Below, piece by piece: positions 1 to 9,391 of a stretch of 64,000 bases of DNA. A model generated the notes under the pieces. It searched no databases. It was not told where the DNA came from and was given only the letters and a program-made list of their open reading frames with translations. The stretch's first letter is position 1. Each line of letters opens with the position of its first letter. The translations under genes were made by a program, and so were the position numbers. Location: sequence record KJ019143.1. One strand, given 5' to 3'.

Positions 1-1
1 T

Positions 2-412
2 GTAGACTATGAGGGATGGGATGCCTCTGAGGATATGATTAATCCCATGACTGAGAAGTATGGAACAGAGAATACCAGGTTTGAGGTAAAGGATATCATT
101 GATAACAAGTATCCCAAAGTGGATTTGGTTATCGCTCGTGATGTTCTATTCCACCTCAAAGAAGATTACCTAAAGAAGGTTCTCAAGAATATCAGTAAGG
201 CAGGTGTGAAGTATCTACTAGCAACTACCTTCCCAGGTTTACCTAAGAACGAAGAACTCACTCCTAAGAAATATGACGGTTGGGGATTCAGACCAATCAA
301 TCTGGATATCGAGCCTTATAATATGAAAGATTATTGTATCAATGATTTCAAGGAAACCACAGCCCCCAACAGGGGGTATCATCGTCATGTGTATTTGTAT
401 GAGGTAAAATGA
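2..412 (+). CDS. Class I SAM-dependent methyltransferase-like protein, 5'-truncated by the window edge
   Basis: Frame is open from base 2 (VDYEGWDASEDM...). Contains 'YEGWD', 'FEVKDII' and 'VDLVIARDVLFHL', typical of the class I methyltransferase core. Confidence 0.65.
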   Translation, partial: VDYEGWDASEDMINPMTEKYGTENTRFEVKDIIDNKYPKVDLVIARDVLFHLKEDYLKKVLKNISKAGVKYLLATTFPGLPKNEELTPKKYDGWGFRPINLDIEPYNMKDYCINDFKETTAPNRGYHRHVYLYEVK

Positions 413-561
413 AGATCGAAATTGAACTCTCTAAAGATGTAGAATACAAAGGAGAGAAACTAGGTGAGTATATCTGGAACCTAGAAGAGGGAATTAATCA
501 TGTTACTGGTTTTGGTGATTCACTTGAGGAATGTTTTAAGGAAATTGTGAGGTTTAGATGA
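409..561 (+). CDS. Hypothetical protein, 50 aa (MKIEIELSKD...IVRFR), not in ORF track
   Basis: ATGA overlaps with both neighbouring genes and it fills the gap exactly. Confidence 0.7.
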   Translation: MKIEIELSKDVEYKGEKLGEYIWNLEEGINHVTGFGDSLEECFKEIVRFR

Positions 562-1289
562 AGAAAGTAGCTATTATCTTTATTGGAACAGGTAGATACC
601 TAGAGTTTCTACCAAAGTATTATGAACAGGCAGAAGCAAACCTCTTCCCTGACAGACCCAAACACTACTATGTGTTTACTGATGGTGACTTAGGTAATGA
701 ACTACCTGACAATGTAACTGTATACGAACAGGAACATCTCCAATGGCCATACATCACCCTCTATCGTTTCGGTATTATCCAGAAACACCTAGAGGAGATT
801 GAGAAGGAGTGTGGTTTCCTACTCTTTATGGATGCTGATACACAGGTAGTATCCCCTGTATCGTTCGATGAAGTATTCAGGAAGGGAAAACCCTATACAG
901 GTGTTCATCACCCCTGCCACGCCCTGAATATGCCACCACACAATGAGTTTCCTGGTAGTCTAGAAACTAATACAGCATCCAAGGCAGCATGTAAACCTGG
1001 TGATGACTTCTCTGTATATTGGCAAGGTTGTGTATGGGGTGGAAACATAAAGGGTGCTCGTAAGATTATTGATACTCTCCACCACAGAACTAAACAAGAT
1101 GAGGAGAATGGAATCATTGCCAAGTGGCATGATGAAAGTCATATCAATAGATACTTCCTTGACAACAAAGATAAGGTGAATACCCTATCACCTAGTTTCG
1201 CATACCCAGAGTCCTTCACTGAGTATATGGAAGACTACGAACCTAAGATTGTACACCTAGCAAAAGAGAATTCTAAGTATCAGGTATGA
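558..1289 (+). CDS. Glycosyltransferase family 6 (ABO/alpha-1,3-Gal(NAc) transferase-like)
   Basis: 'IFIGTGRY', 'YYVFTD', DxD motif 'FMDAD' and the GT6 signature 'WHDESHINRY'. Confidence 0.9.
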   Translation: MKKVAIIFIGTGRYLEFLPKYYEQAEANLFPDRPKHYYVFTDGDLGNELPDNVTVYEQEHLQWPYITLYRFGIIQKHLEEIEKECGFLLFMDADTQVVSPVSFDEVFRKGKPYTGVHHPCHALNMPPHNEFPGSLETNTASKAACKPGDDFSVYWQGCVWGGNIKGARKIIDTLHHRTKQDEENGIIAKWHDESHINRYFLDNKDKVNTLSPSFAYPESFTEYMEDYEPKIVHLAKENSKYQV

Positions 1290-1909
1290 GTTACTTCACA
1301 GATTATGACAACGAATTCACAGTATTCGAGGCACCAAAGAACGGGGGAACTACTCTCCGTCTTTGGATATACTACGCAGGAACAGGGGAGTTGGTGAAGT
1401 CAGCGGAGTCTGAATACTACGCTGGCACTGGAGAAACATACAAACAACTCCAAGAGTGGGGTTATGTGAATGGGGAATACGAGAACCCCAAGACCCAGAT
1501 GGTATGTATCAAGAGAGACCCTGTAGATAGGTTTGTAAGTGCCTTCTATGATAAGGTAATCAAAGAGGGGAGAATCAAAGTAACCATCGATGAGTTTCTC
1601 TCAAACTATGAAGAGATACTTGATAAGTCTACCCTCAAGATGAATGATGGTAAGACTAACTTCATGAAGTTTCACTTTGAGTCACAGACATATCACTTCG
1701 GTAAAGATAAAGATCTATATCATAAGGTCTTTGATATCTCAGAGGTTGGTACTGGTCTGAAGAAGTATCTGGAGGGTAAGTGGAATATAGAACTACCTGA
1801 TGTCCATGCTAGAAATAGTGGTGGTGGTCGGAAGTTTGATCTCTCCAGGGGACAACTGAATAAGGTGAAGGAAATCTACACACAGGACTATTATAATGGC
1901 TGGTACTGA
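1286..1909 (+). CDS. Sulfotransferase family 2 protein
   Basis: 5'-PAPS loop 'APKNGGTT' and 3'-PB motif 'RDPVDRFVSAF'. Confidence 0.8.
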   Translation: MSYFTDYDNEFTVFEAPKNGGTTLRLWIYYAGTGELVKSAESEYYAGTGETYKQLQEWGYVNGEYENPKTQMVCIKRDPVDRFVSAFYDKVIKEGRIKVTIDEFLSNYEEILDKSTLKMNDGKTNFMKFHFESQTYHFGKDKDLYHKVFDISEVGTGLKKYLEGKWNIELPDVHARNSGGGRKFDLSRGQLNKVKEIYTQDYYNGWY

Positions 1910-2681
1910 AGGATATATCCTGATAGGTATTGGTGATAGGTATCTACAGATGACAGAGAACCTCACTAAAACTCTAAAGAAACATGGAGATAATAGAGGA
2001 TCCCTAACTATCACAAGATCGGATAATAGGGAACTCTATAGTGAGTGTAACACTGAGTTTGAGAGGAATGGAACTCTACCTAAGATTACCTTAGATAGAT
2101 ACTTACCTTTTGATCACAATATATTCCTAGATGCTGATATGTTATGTGTAGGTGATACACAACATGTATGGGATCTATTCAGGAGTAGTGATCAGTTTGT
2201 TCAACAGGTAGGATGTTTGGGAAGAGATCCTAACTTCCACGCTCACCAGTATGAGAGTGAGTTGGGTTTTGAGATTCCTAGAGTCCATGGTGGTTGTATC
2301 TACATCAATAGAGAGAAACTAGACCCAGGGTTCTTTCCCTATATGAGAGAGTGTTTCCTAAACTATAAACAAATATTTCATAATAGTGGTCTAACCTATA
2401 AGAATAGTAGACCAGATCAACCACTATACGCTCTAGCAAATGGTATGTGGGGATTCAAACCTGTGGATCTATACACTAACCCTATCATGACTATTGTGAA
2501 TGATAGCACCCCACCCCCACTAGATAGTGTGTTCTTCAATAAGAAGAGGGGTCCTAAGTTAGATACTCCTGTTCCCTTTGTTCATGTATTCCGTGGAGAA
2601 GAGGGTATGTCTAGGGGTTATACTAGAGGTGACCAGAAGATGTTGTTGTCCCATTATGATTACTACCTGAACTATGAATAA
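1896..2681 (+). CDS. GT-A fold glycosyltransferase, GT8-like
   Basis: 'IFLDADMLC' DxD motif, 'HGGCIYI' and 'DQPLYAL'. Confidence 0.65.
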   Translation: MAGTEGYILIGIGDRYLQMTENLTKTLKKHGDNRGSLTITRSDNRELYSECNTEFERNGTLPKITLDRYLPFDHNIFLDADMLCVGDTQHVWDLFRSSDQFVQQVGCLGRDPNFHAHQYESELGFEIPRVHGGCIYINREKLDPGFFPYMRECFLNYKQIFHNSGLTYKNSRPDQPLYALANGMWGFKPVDLYTNPIMTIVNDSTPPPLDSVFFNKKRGPKLDTPVPFVHVFRGEEGMSRGYTRGDQKMLLSHYDYYLNYE

Positions 2682-3462
2682 AACTATATGGATGTGTTGG
2701 TTCCAGGGTTGGGATAAGGCACCAGAGATTACAGAGAAGTGTTTAGAGTCCTGGAAACACTACAATAGTGATTGGGATATTGTTCTACTAGATGAATCCA
2801 ACTACAAGGATTACATCTCCATTGATAAAGAACTACCAGGACTGAAGACAAACTATATCTCACTGGGTGATATCCTCCGTCTCTTTCTACTAAAAGAGCA
2901 TGGTGGAGTATGGGCAGATGCAACTATCTTCTGTAACAAACCAGTGGATTGGGTTTTGGATTATGAGGATTCTTTCATCTTCACCAGGAAGGATAAGATG
3001 ATTGCCTCTTGGTTTGTTGCTGCTCAGAAAGATTCCCATGTTGTAGATGTATGGTATAATAAGATGTTAGAGTTCTGGAAGTATCGTATGGAAAATACAG
3101 ATACTTTCGAGCAACAATATGGTTGGATACACGCTTTGTTCCGTCAGTCCTACGCTCAGGATAAGGGGTTCAGGGATATTGTAGATAGTATGGATAAGAT
3201 TGATTGCATGAGTGATGGTCAATCTAGAGGTAAGGGTCCGCACTTCTTTGCACCCTACAGTAAATACTTCTACAACCCTATCAGTGACACGATAAAGAAT
3301 CGTATAGACTCTAAAGTTGATCCACTATATAAGTTGTCTTACAAGGCAAACACAGACTGGAGAAGTCCAGAGAACAGGGGTATCCACCCAGCAGACCAAA
3401 AGATTATGTTGGAATATCCAACTAATAGTGAACTACATTATCTACTCAACACATTAAAATGA
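2674..3462 (+). CDS. Capsular polysaccharide synthesis / GT32-like glycosyltransferase
   Basis: 'IWMCWFQGWDKAP' and 'GDILRLFLLKEHGGVWADAT'. Confidence 0.85.
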   Translation: MNKTIWMCWFQGWDKAPEITEKCLESWKHYNSDWDIVLLDESNYKDYISIDKELPGLKTNYISLGDILRLFLLKEHGGVWADATIFCNKPVDWVLDYEDSFIFTRKDKMIASWFVAAQKDSHVVDVWYNKMLEFWKYRMENTDTFEQQYGWIHALFRQSYAQDKGFRDIVDSMDKIDCMSDGQSRGKGPHFFAPYSKYFYNPISDTIKNRIDSKVDPLYKLSYKANTDWRSPENRGIHPADQKIMLEYPTNSELHYLLNTLK

Positions 3463-4364
3463 CAAATAAATCATTGGTTACCGGTGGCGCGGGTTTCATC
3501 GGGTCACATATTGTGGACCGACTTATTACACTAGGACATCAAGTCGTAGTGATTGACAATGAATCCTCTGATGGTCATGATGAATACCATTGGAACAGAA
3601 GCGGACAAGTACAAAACCATAAGGCAGACATTCGTGACTACGATGCAATCAAACACTTGTTTGGTGGAGTCAATAATGTTTTTCACCTTGCCGCTAAAGC
3701 ATCAGTACAGGCGTCAGTAGATAACCCCCTACCAACTATTGCCACACAGGTAATGGGAACCGCCAATGTATTGGAGGCAGCACGACAATCTGGTGTGAGT
3801 AAGTTTGTATATTCCTCTACTAGTGCTTGTTATGGTAACAACAACCCCATTCCTAATGTAGAAACGATGAGAGAAGATCCTCTCAACGCCTATGCTATTG
3901 GTAAGTTATCTGGGGAACAACTAGTTCGTGCCTATCACTACCTCTATGGTATGAAGACGGTGGCATTCCGTTATACCAATGTATATGGGGAGAGGGCAAG
4001 ACATGTAGGACACTATGCTCCTGCTGTTAGTAAGTTCCTAAAGATGAGAGCACAGGGAGAACCTCTAACTATCTTTGGTGATGGTGCCCAACGCCGAGAC
4101 TTTATTCATGTATCTGATGTAGTCAACGCTAACTGCTGTATTACCTATGAGGAACTAGAGCAGTGGGGTGAGACCTACAACATTGGTTATGGTAAGAACT
4201 GGAGTATCCAAGAGATTGCAGACTCTATCAGTCAGGAACAGATTCACCTATCTGCTCGTACTGGTGAGATGCGTGAGACGCTTGCTGATATTGGGAAGGC
4301 AAAGGCAGAGTTGATGTGGAAACCAAAGACTGACATCATGGATTGGATTAGGGTACAACTCTGA
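3459..4364 (+). CDS. NAD-dependent nucleotide-sugar epimerase/dehydratase (extended SDR)
   Basis: 'TGGAGFIGSH', 'FHLAA', catalytic 'YAIGK' (YxxxK) and 'RDFIHVSDV'. Confidence 0.92.
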   Translation: MTNKSLVTGGAGFIGSHIVDRLITLGHQVVVIDNESSDGHDEYHWNRSGQVQNHKADIRDYDAIKHLFGGVNNVFHLAAKASVQASVDNPLPTIATQVMGTANVLEAARQSGVSKFVYSSTSACYGNNNPIPNVETMREDPLNAYAIGKLSGEQLVRAYHYLYGMKTVAFRYTNVYGERARHVGHYAPAVSKFLKMRAQGEPLTIFGDGAQRRDFIHVSDVVNANCCITYEELEQWGETYNIGYGKNWSIQEIADSISQEQIHLSARTGEMRETLADIGKAKAELMWKPKTDIMDWIRVQL

Positions 4365-4981
4365 TGCCAGTATTCCAGAAGGACAACAAGAAAGTTCTAT
4401 TCATCCATGTTCCCAAGACTGCGGGGAGTTCTGTGAATAAACTCTTTGTGAATAATGGATATGAAATGTCCTACTATTCTGAGAGTTCTAAAGATCTATA
4501 CAATGGATTATGTGGACCACAACATCTGGACTCACTTCTATTGGAAGATGAGTTCCAAGATTTCTCTCAGTTTGATTATATCTTCTCTATCTTCAGAGAC
4601 CCAGTAGACAGACATCTATCTGAGTTCACCTGGGCACCCTGGGGACTAATGGGTAGAAACATCTACACACCAGAAAGATTTGATGAGTGGTGTCCTAAGA
4701 TATTCAGGGCGTATCAGGACTCACCATATAGGATGGATAACCACATTAGACCTCAACATGAGTTCTATGTGGATGGATGTGATGTGTATGACTATGAGAA
4801 TATCGATACACTCACAGAGAAACTATGTGATAAAATAGGTCTAGATAATAAAGAGATGCCATATGAAAGGTCTTCACGATATGATAGTGAGGATTATGTC
4901 ATCTATGAAGATACTTACGATTGTATCACTGAATTTTACAAAGGAGACTATCAATGGCAAAAGGATTCAGTCCTGTTGTGA
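4364..4981 (+). CDS. Sulfotransferase family 2 protein (second copy)
   Basis: 'FIHVPKTAGSS' and 'FRDPVDRHLSEF'. Confidence 0.85.
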   Translation: MPVFQKDNKKVLFIHVPKTAGSSVNKLFVNNGYEMSYYSESSKDLYNGLCGPQHLDSLLLEDEFQDFSQFDYIFSIFRDPVDRHLSEFTWAPWGLMGRNIYTPERFDEWCPKIFRAYQDSPYRMDNHIRPQHEFYVDGCDVYDYENIDTLTEKLCDKIGLDNKEMPYERSSRYDSEDYVIYEDTYDCITEFYKGDYQWQKDSVLL

Positions 4982-5832
4982 CTAAGGATAAGAACAAGTC
5001 CCAGTTCAAACTACAGGGTGTTCCTAGGATTTACTACATCAGTTTAGATGATCATGCTCATCGTCAAGACTATATGGAGTCCCAGTTTGAAGACTGGGGC
5101 ATCACTAACTTTGAAAGAATCTCTGCTCATGATGGTAGAGGTGATAATGATCTGAGTGATATTCTCAAAGGATCTTATCCAAAGATGATGAGTTCTGGTG
5201 AGGTTGGTTGTGTGACCTCTCACCTAAAGGCACTCAAACACTGGTTAGATACTACAGAGGGTGAAGAGTTTCTCCTTATGATGGAGGATGATTGTGATAT
5301 CTCCACTGCTTCCCACTGGGGGTTCTCCTGGAGAGAGTTTGTTGGGAATATTCCATCCCATGTAGATTGTGTTCAGTTAGCAGTTATCAACCCGGCAGAA
5401 CTACATATCAAACTCCATATCAGGTTTGTGAATGATTTCTCCACTGCCTCATACCTAATCCGTAGATCACACGCAGAGAAGTTAGTTAGACTCTATTGTA
5501 GGGGTGATAAGTATAAACTTGATAGTGATATCAAACCCAGAGCAGTTGCTGATGATCTTATCTACAACTCTGGTGTGACTCTTGCTATGCCTCTATTTGC
5601 CTTCAAGATTGCACTAGGTTCCAGTATCCATGATGTCCATATCAATACCTTCCACAAGAGTAGTCATGATGGTATCTGGGAGTTTTGGAAGAAAACAGCA
5701 CCAACTATTGAGAACTGGAAACCATTCTTCAACTATGATGCCTATCTGGGAACCCTACCACCCAATGTTGTGGTTCAACAATGGCAGCAAAAACAGGAAT
5801 CCAAAGCAAAAGATTCAGGGGCTTCGCAATAG
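4954..5832 (+). CDS. Glycosyltransferase family 25 (LPS/LOS biosynthesis-like)
   Basis: 'YYISLD...R', 'GEVGCVTSHLKALK' and 'MEDDC'. Confidence 0.85.
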   Translation: MAKGFSPVVTKDKNKSQFKLQGVPRIYYISLDDHAHRQDYMESQFEDWGITNFERISAHDGRGDNDLSDILKGSYPKMMSSGEVGCVTSHLKALKHWLDTTEGEEFLLMMEDDCDISTASHWGFSWREFVGNIPSHVDCVQLAVINPAELHIKLHIRFVNDFSTASYLIRRSHAEKLVRLYCRGDKYKLDSDIKPRAVADDLIYNSGVTLAMPLFAFKIALGSSIHDVHINTFHKSSHDGIWEFWKKTAPTIENWKPFFNYDAYLGTLPPNVVVQQWQQKQESKAKDSGASQ

Positions 5833-5851
5833 AACATATATATGTTATAAT
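5823..5851 (+). promoter_or_regulatory. Sigma70-type promoter for the hli-petF operon
   Basis: TTCGCA-17 nt-TATAAT with extended -10 TGn. Confidence 0.65.
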
Positions 5852-5876
5852 ATTTACATTCACCCATGAGGTTATT

Positions 5877-5996
5877 ATGAAATTTGGTTTTACCCCCGAA
5901 GCAGAAATCCTAAACGCTCGTTTGGCAATGTTGGGATTCGTTATCGCCGTAGGCACTTACTTGACCACAGGTCAGATTATTCCAGGAGTTCTTTGA
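5877..5996 (+). CDS. hli: High-light-inducible protein, 39 aa
   Basis: [21 protein letters not shown] carries the ExxNxRxAMxG chlorophyll-binding motif. True start is ATG 5877, not 5781. Confidence 0.92.
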   Translation: MKFGFTPEAEILNARLAMLGFVIAVGTYLTTGQIIPGVL

Positions 5997-6289
5997 TGGC
6001 GTTTTCTGTAACACTTAGATCACCTACTGGTGAAGATAAAGTTGTAACAGTGGAGGGAGATCAATACATCCTAGATGCCGCAGAGGAAGCGGGTGTAGAT
6101 CTCCCATATTCATGTAGAGCTGGTGCTTGTTCATCCTGTGCAGGTAAGATTGTATCTGGAAAGGTGAATCAAGAAGACCAGTCATTCTTAGATGATGATC
6201 AGATCGAAGCAGGTTTCGCACTCTTATGTGTAGCTTATGCCGAATCTGATTGTGTGATTGAGACGGAAAAAGAGGAAACCCTTTACTGA
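5996..6289 (+). CDS. petF: Plant-type [2Fe-2S] ferredoxin
   Basis: '[13 protein letters not shown]' plus distal Cys 'LLCVAY'. ATG overlaps the hli stop codon. Confidence 0.95.
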   Translation: MAFSVTLRSPTGEDKVVTVEGDQYILDAAEEAGVDLPYSCRAGACSSCAGKIVSGKVNQEDQSFLDDDQIEAGFALLCVAYAESDCVIETEKEETLY

Positions 6290-6294
6290 GACTG

Positions 6295-6444
6295 ATGTCT
6301 AATCCAAACGCTCTATATGAAGATATGGAGAAACTGAATGCCCTCTACGAAGAACTTTGTTGGGGGCATAACGATGAACTACAATTTTCCCATGACGGGG
6401 AGAGCATTATTATTACCAATAAAACCCAGGAGAAACAAAAATGA
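6295..6444 (+). CDS. Hypothetical protein, 49 aa (MSNPNALYEDMEKLNALYEELCWGH...), not in ORF track
   Basis: Open frame between petF and hli with an ATGA overlap. Resembles a conserved small cyanophage ORF (from memory). Confidence 0.75.
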   Translation: MSNPNALYEDMEKLNALYEELCWGHNDELQFSHDGESIIITNKTQEKQK

Positions 6445-6650
6445 CAGTAACAACTGAAGATGGTGGACGTACAAACATGTATGCTACTGAACCCACTATG
6501 TTTATTGATCCTTCTTACACTGAGAAGTATGGTTTAGAAACACACGCGGAACGAGCTGAAACAGCAAACGGGCGTTGGGCAATGATTGGATTTGTTTCTG
6601 GTATTGTATCCTATGTTATTACTGGTAACTTCTTCTTTGGTGTTATCTAA
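6441..6650 (+). CDS. hli: High-light-inducible protein, 69 aa
   Basis: 'AERAETANGRWAMIGF' motif and N-terminal 'MTVTTEDGGRTNMYATEP'. Confidence 0.92.
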   Translation: MTVTTEDGGRTNMYATEPTMFIDPSYTEKYGLETHAERAETANGRWAMIGFVSGIVSYVITGNFFFGVI

Positions 6651-6656
6651 TATTAG

Positions 6657-6684
6657 AAGGAGGGTTTGATACCCTCCTTTTTTT
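6657..6684 (+). terminator. Intrinsic terminator
   Basis: AAGGAGGGT/ACCCTCCTT stem followed by a T run. Confidence 0.85.
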
Positions 6685-6691
6685 GTGCTCC

Positions 6692-6699
6692 TATAAATA
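6692..6699 (+). promoter_or_regulatory. T4-type late promoter
   Basis: TATAAATA about 33 nt upstream of a structural gene. Confidence 0.8.
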
Positions 6700-6731
6700 C
6701 CTTTTAGGCACCCACACACCTTCGTATCAAA

Positions 6732-9047
6732 ATGGCATTTAAGATTAATGGCGTAGTACGCATTGATAATAGTGGCAACGGTTTTCTGGGAATTGTAACC
6801 GCTACCGACGCTAATATCACAGGAGTTCTCACTGCCACTGAGGTGGATGCGAAAGTATCATCTAAGGCAATAACTGAACAAACAGATGGAACCGTAGATG
6901 ATGTAACTGGTGCAGATGAACTATTACTATTAGATGCCGAGACTGGTGGATTACTAAGAGTATCAATAGATGAGTTCGTGCAGGGTTCAGGCATTGGAAC
7001 TCTAGTAACGGACTTTGATAACTTAACTGTTACTGGTATCACAACCGTTGCCACCCTCAAAGGTATTGGATCTAATAACATCAGTGTAGGGAGCACACTT
7101 TCCTTTGCTGATGGTACAGAGATCATCATGGGTGACTCTGGTGACTTCAGTATTCATCATGATGGTGACCATACTTACCTAGATGAGACGGGGCAGGGTA
7201 ATCTAAAACTCCGTACAAATAACTTTAGAGTAACAAATATAGCAGAAACAAAACCAGCTATTACAGCACAGGTTACTTCTGGTGTTGAGTTGTATTTTGA
7301 TGGTAATAAGAAGATAGAAACTACAAATACTGGTGTTCTTGTGAGTGGTATGCTCACTGCTGATAGATTAAGATCAGGTGATATTGCTGCTAGAAATGTA
7401 ATCACACTGGGTATTACCACTATCCAAGATCATTTGGAAGTGAATGATAGTACTGGTTCTGGTACGGAATATAATCTTAATGTTAAGACTAATGGTAGTT
7501 CTACCTTTGGTGTCTTAGGTAATGGAAATATTCTACTTGGAAACAGTTCCGGTGCTCCATTCATGGCGACGAATGATCACCACGCAACTTCCAAGAAATA
7601 TGTAGATGACGCCATCGCTGATGATCCTAGCGGTGCTGCGGCTTGGGGTACTGTTGCCTCAAACAACAGTGGTGGTGCTAGTAGTATTACTTTACTGGGT
7701 GGGATGAATGTAGCAAGTGTCACAGCTGGCACATCAAATGCAAAAGGAAATTTCGTGGTTACATTTGCCACTCCAATGCCTGATGCAAACTATTCAGTAA
7801 CCGCTAGTTATAATAACGCTAATGTTAACACATATGGGGATATTAGTGTAGGTTCTAAAACAGCAAGTAGTTTTGAGGTTCAAACTTTTGAATCATCAAA
7901 TCTGCCTGACTGGCAGGGGTTTGGATTTGTCGTCTTCGCAACCAATGCCCTCCCACCAACAGGCGGCACCGGCACAGATAGCTGGGCAGCTGTAGATCAA
8001 ACTATTGTTAATGGTGCTTGTAATGTACCGGCAAGTTTTAACGTTGCTTCAGTAACTAGAACTGGACTGGGCCTATATGACGTGGTGTTTACAACGCCGA
8101 TGCCTACTGATAAATACAGCGTTGTGGGTAGCATTACCCGAGACACATTTTCTAATTTCTGTACTTCTAATAGGTCGGCTACTGGCTTTACAGTAAAGAA
8201 CACCTATCAGAATCGCGATAACGGTGCTACTCAGTATGCAGACAACCCCTTCTCCTTCACCGTCAACGCCACCAACGCAACGCTACCTGAAACTATTACA
8301 ACGGATCAGTTTACCTCTGCGTTTAATGCTCCTACCTTCAAAAACATTCTCATCAATGGAAATCTGACAATTAATCAACGTAATGTTAATATTACATCTG
8401 TTTCTGCCGGTGAATATGGTGAAGATCGTTGGAAAAAGACATTAGGTGGGATGACGCAGATTGTTGAAGATGGTAATTATCTACCAAGTTCTTCTTACAC
8501 TTTATCTGGAACAGGTATTACTACAACTACAGCAAACTCACCTGCTTCTGGTGACTGGGACATCTCAACAACCTTTGGTGATATTCCTATTACTGCTCGT
8601 TCTATCCAACTTGAATATGGCAACGTAGCCTCAGCGTTTGACTTGAGACCGGTTGGGGTGGAGCTGAGTTTGTGTCATCGTTATTTTTATAGAATAATAA
8701 GGTCCGTCAACAGCACTCCTTTTACTATTAAATCTAACAGTAACTCAAACGACATTCCCGCTGTAGGCTCGATCGAGTGTTCTTACAGTGTAGTTTTTCC
8801 AGCCACAATGAGAACCCAACCTACTGGCTCAAATTACAGTAACAACGGAGCAAATAACTATTTGGCAATTCCAGGATATAGGGCTATTACTAACTCTTTT
8901 CTGGCAAGCGATGTAAGTTTTTCATACGCATCCTCTGAAGACGCAGTAATTTTAGTGGATACGACCTTAGGGAGCATCGGAGTAGTTCAAGGAGCTGCGT
9001 TCCCGCTAGAGGCGGCTTTTAGTTATGACATCGACGCCGAACTTTAA
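6732..9047 (+). CDS. Tail-fibre-like virion protein, 771 aa
   Basis: Late promoter and G/T/V-rich beta repeats. Two tandem 'W...ASVT...VTF.TPMP...YSV' domains. C-terminal 'KNILINGN...QLEYG...ELSLCHRYF' module typical of cyanophage fibres. Confidence 0.7.
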   Translation: MAFKINGVVRIDNSGNGFLGIVTATDANITGVLTATEVDAKVSSKAITEQTDGTVDDVTGADELLLLDAETGGLLRVSIDEFVQGSGIGTLVTDFDNLTVTGITTVATLKGIGSNNISVGSTLSFADGTEIIMGDSGDFSIHHDGDHTYLDETGQGNLKLRTNNFRVTNIAETKPAITAQVTSGVELYFDGNKKIETTNTGVLVSGMLTADRLRSGDIAARNVITLGITTIQDHLEVNDSTGSGTEYNLNVKTNGSSTFGVLGNGNILLGNSSGAPFMATNDHHATSKKYVDDAIADDPSGAAAWGTVASNNSGGASSITLLGGMNVASVTAGTSNAKGNFVVTFATPMPDANYSVTASYNNANVNTYGDISVGSKTASSFEVQTFESSNLPDWQGFGFVVFATNALPPTGGTGTDSWAAVDQTIVNGACNVPASFNVASVTRTGLGLYDVVFTTPMPTDKYSVVGSITRDTFSNFCTSNRSATGFTVKNTYQNRDNGATQYADNPFSFTVNATNATLPETITTDQFTSAFNAPTFKNILINGNLTINQRNVNITSVSAGEYGEDRWKKTLGGMTQIVEDGNYLPSSSYTLSGTGITTTTANSPASGDWDISTTFGDIPITARSIQLEYGNVASAFDLRPVGVELSLCHRYFYRIIRSVNSTPFTIKSNSNSNDIPAVGSIECSYSVVFPATMRTQPTGSNYSNNGANNYLAIPGYRAITNSFLASDVSFSYASSEDAVILVDTTLGSIGVVQGAAFPLEAAFSYDIDAEL

Positions 9048-9089
9048 ACTCCTTAATTCCTTACAATAGAACTATCACACTTTAAAACT

Positions 9090-9332
9090 ATGGCTTATAC
9101 TTACGCATTTACTGATGCTGATAACAACAGCATCAAACGCACTGATGAAGACGGTAACGTTGCATTCGTTCCAGTCGCAGAAGGCAATCGTGACTACGCA
9201 GAATATCTATCCTCTGGTATCACTGCCGATGCATACGTAGCACCACCGGAACCAGAACCCCTTACTCCAGAAGAGAAACTAGCCAACTCTGGACTGACAG
9301 TTGATGAGCTAAAGAGTTTGTTAGATCTATAG
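9090..9332 (+). CDS. Small fibre-associated hypothetical protein (possible assembly chaperone)
   Basis: Directly follows the fibre gene. 'IKRTD...AFVP...NRDYAEYL' type that often accompanies such fibres. Confidence 0.55.
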   Translation: MAYTYAFTDADNNSIKRTDEDGNVAFVPVAEGNRDYAEYLSSGITADAYVAPPEPEPLTPEEKLANSGLTVDELKSLLDL

Positions 9333-9334
9333 GT

Positions 9335-9391
9335 GTGACAGCCAGCAAACTGGCACAGGGGGTTGGCACCCTGGGGAATGTGTGTTATAAT
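9335..9391 (+). promoter_or_regulatory. Sigma70-type psbA promoter with upstream inverted repeat
   Basis: TTGGCA (9363-68)-17 nt-TATAAT (9386-91) with TGn. GTGACAG-N8-CTGGCAC dyad at 9335-9356. Confidence 0.8.

Noticed and set aside
5781-5876. Extended N-termini given in the ORF track (hli from 5781; likewise 14684, 14832, 15213, 55929, 57842, 58831, 61841)
   Set aside because: They overlap upstream genes or promoters; downstream starts fit the RBS, gene coupling and known protein N-termini better.
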